Below, in pieces: positions 38,150 through 40,069 of a stretch of 40,069 nt of DNA. Where the stretch lies: contig JBNPEG010000015.1 of assembly GCA_051117555.1 (NCBI GenBank), positions 18,650 through 58,718 on the forward strand, read 5' to 3'. The position numbers and the translations under genes were made by a program. The first letter of the stretch is position 1, and each line of letters starts with the position of its first letter. The notes beneath the pieces are model-generated. The model saw nothing but the letters and a program-made list of their open reading frames with translations, was not told the origin of the DNA and did no database searches. The stretch comes from Elainellaceae cyanobacterium (lineage in GTDB: Bacteria; Cyanobacteriota; Cyanobacteriia; CAZCXK01).

Positions 38150-39073
38150 GTGAAGCTAAACCAGGTCATCATTGCCCACAAAGCAGGAGATGCGCTCAGC
38201 AAACGCTGGGCAGAAAAATGTGCTAAACAGCTTGAGAATCGGAACTGTAGTGTATTGATGGGGCCGAGCGGAACCAGCGATAATCCGTATCCGGTGTTCT
38301 TAGCGTCGGCTCCTCAAAGTATCGACCTGGCTGTGGTGTTGGGGGGAGATGGCACTGCTCTTGCGGCTGCTCGAAATTTATCTGCCGATGGCATTCCGAT
38401 TCTGGCAATCAATGTGGGCGGTCATCTTGGTTTTTTAACCGAATCAAGTGATGAGTTTAAGGACACTGAGCACGTTTGGGATCGGCTCCTGCAAGATCGG
38501 TTTGCAGTGCAGCGACGGATGATGCTACAGGCGACTACCTATGAACGAAACAATCGCCTTCCTCTAGAACCCATGAGCGATCGCTATTTGGCACTCAACG
38601 AGATGTGTGTCAAGCCCGCCTCTGCCGATCGCATGATTACATCCATCCTCGAAATGGAGATTGATGGAGAAGTGGTCGACCAGTATCAGGGGGATGGGTT
38701 GATTGTTGCAACGCCAACCGGCTCAACCTGCTATACGGTGGCGGCAAATGGGCCAATTATTCATCCTGGAATGGATGCGATCGCAGTAACTCCGATTTGC
38801 CCGCTCAGCCTCTCTAGTCGCCCCATCGTCTTGCCGCCCGGATCGGTTGTGAGCATTTGGCCCCTTGCTGATCGAGACCTGACAACCAAGCTGTGGATGG
38901 ATGGGGTGTTGGCCACCTCGATTTGGCCGGGTCAGCGAGTCGATATTCGCATAGCAGACTGCCAAGCAAATTTTATTATTCTAAGAGAAAACTATTCTTA
39001 CTACAAAACGCTGCGCGAAAAGCTCCAGTGGGCAGGTGCGAGAATTCACTACAGCAACAATCATCGCAATTGA
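38150..39073 (+). CDS. nadK: NAD(+) kinase
   Basis: VLGGDGT, GHLGFL, ALNE, GDGLIVATPTGSTCY and VTPICP. Confidence 0.96.
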   Translation: MKLNQVIIAHKAGDALSKRWAEKCAKQLENRNCSVLMGPSGTSDNPYPVFLASAPQSIDLAVVLGGDGTALAAARNLSADGIPILAINVGGHLGFLTESSDEFKDTEHVWDRLLQDRFAVQRRMMLQATTYERNNRLPLEPMSDRYLALNEMCVKPASADRMITSILEMEIDGEVVDQYQGDGLIVATPTGSTCYTVAANGPIIHPGMDAIAVTPICPLSLSSRPIVLPPGSVVSIWPLADRDLTTKLWMDGVLATSIWPGQRVDIRIADCQANFIILRENYSYYKTLREKLQWAGARIHYSNNHRN

Positions 39074-39095
39074 TCTAGGCTGACACCCTGCATAC

Positions 39096-39180
39096 GCAGC
39101 TCAGTATTGTGCAGCTCAGTATTCAGACGATATTCAACAGCGCGATATTCAACAGCGCGATATTCGATAGCGCGATCGCC
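39096..39180. repeat. Two adjacent 15-bp tandem repeats
   Basis: GCAGCTCAGTATTnn x2, then nnCGATATTCRAYAG x3, ending in HIP1. Starts 22 bp after the nadK stop. Confidence 0.8.
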
Positions 39181-39396
39181 CTCCGTGTCGTCATCCCCAG
39201 CCAAGGCGTAGGCGGTTGCGGCTTTACATCGTCTCAAGCGGATACTCAAAACGCAGTCGATATCTTATATGTGTTGGGCTACGCGGAACGGTTTGAATGG
39301 AGTCGGGCGATCGCCATTCCTGACGGCGGCATCACGATTCAGCGCGACCAAGGAGACATCCTGCGATATCTCCAGCGCGATCGATTAGTGGAATAG
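39172..39396 (+). pseudogene. Probable 3' remnant of a small cyanobacterial hypothetical gene
   Basis: LYVLGYAERFEWSR...GDILRYL resembles a cyanobacterial LGYA..WS family recalled from memory. There is no credible start, because the 5' part of ORF 39109-39396 is tandem repeat. Confidence 0.4.
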
Positions 39397-39468
39397 GCAA
39401 ACAGCTCCCAGAGATGTTTAGACACCCTTGGGAGCTGATACGGCTATCATGCATTAGTTTGAGCGGTC

Positions 39469-39818
39469 TTTCCTTTAATTCGAGACTCGTTTCCTTTAGA
39501 TTGAGACTCATTTCCTTTAGTTCGCGTCTCATTTCCTTTAGTTCGCGTCTCATTTCCTTTAGTTCGCGTCTCGTTTCCTTTAGTTCGCGTCTCGTTTCCT
39601 TTAGATTGAGACTCGTTTCCTTTAGATTGAGACTCATTTCCTTTAGATTGAGACTCGTTTCCTTTAGATTGAGACTCGTTTCCTTTAGATTGAGACTCAT
39701 TTCCTTTAGATTGAGACTCGTTTCCTTTAGTTCGCGTCTCGTTTCCTTTAGTTCGCGTCTCGTTTCCTTTAGATTGAGACTCATTTCCTTTAGTTCGCGT
39801 CTCGTTTCCTTTAGTTCG
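39469..39818. repeat. 21-bp two-allele minisatellite, 16 full units plus a partial
   Basis: TTTCCTTTAG-[ATTGAGA or TTCGCGT]-CTC-[G/A]. The first unit is a hybrid. Confidence 0.97.
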
Positions 39819-39874
39819 TTGCGCTAATTCATTCGAACGCTGAGGCAAACTTTTCCTTTGAATTCAATTTTCTT

Positions 39875-40020
39875 GGTGTTGCTGATCAGAGGGATGAATC
39901 TTGGAGGAACGGGTTCTCCTGACGGAGACGCTAGCGTCTCTTGAATGCCGCAGGCGCTACGCGGACCGCCCGTACAGTCAGAATTCATATTCATAAATCA
40001 TCTCTGAATTCAGCAACGCC
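39875..40020. mobile_element. MITE-like element, family 3 (146 bp)
   Basis: Imperfect 23-bp inverted ends GGTGTTGCTGA-N4-AGGGATGA / TCATCTCT-N4-TCAGCAACGCC enclose short GC-rich palindromes such as GAGACGCTAGCGTCTC. No clear target duplication. Confidence 0.55.
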
Positions 40021-40069
40021 CCTGGGATTGGGAGGAGTTAATACACGTTCTGCCACCTAACAGTTGATG

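Larger units (their letters stand above)
1..40069. repeat. HIP1 (GCGATCGC) highly iterated palindrome throughout the window
   Basis: About 60 copies by eye count versus roughly 1 expected by chance. Often in-frame as Ala-Ile-Ala, for example in the TPR EAIA positions. Diagnostic of cyanobacteria. Confidence 0.95.

Noticed and set aside
39469..39818. CRISPR array
   Set aside because: The period is only 21 bp, the variable part is 7 bp with just two alleles rather than unique spacers, and there are no cas genes in the window.
39332..39848. Three overlapping ORFs (150, 137 and 133 aa) as real genes
   Set aside because: All owe their length to the 21-bp repeat and none has a convincing start context or non-repeat domain. 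Kept only as a hypothesis in the findings.
39824..39994. Stop-codon readthrough joining a 56-aa minus-strand ORF to the LKE heptad frame
   Set aside because: The upstream ORF lies mostly inside the MITE-like element and shows no protein-like features. There is no evidence for recoding.

Overview
A 40 kb chromosomal window from a cyanobacterium. About 60 HIP1 GCGATCGC octamers were counted by eye, and it carries ndhAIGE-nadK, sir, phosphoketolase, stpA and tRNA-Arg(CCG). It is mostly core and accessory metabolic genes, with no CRISPR array, prophage or intact transposase. The best leads are: (1) a translationally coupled pair of a bCerS/YghO-like N-acyltransferase and an extended SDR reductase, resembling the last two steps of bacterial ceramide synthesis; (2) a signal-peptide-less SBP-fold gene divergent from a PhyH-type dioxygenase and an Fe-ADH; (3) a kexin-like RTX protease split by one extra base in a C5 run; (4) a secreted YHS protein with 17 [DN]PCA repeats; (5) sulfite reductase with a C-terminal ribbon-helix-helix-like tail; (6) a membrane-anchored TPR protein with 13 repeats of 29 aa; (7) four copies of a MITE-like hairpin element showing compensatory base changes, plus two other MITE-like elements; (8) several intergenic minisatellites, including a two-allele 21-bp array. 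All product calls rest on motifs recognised by eye. No database searches were run.
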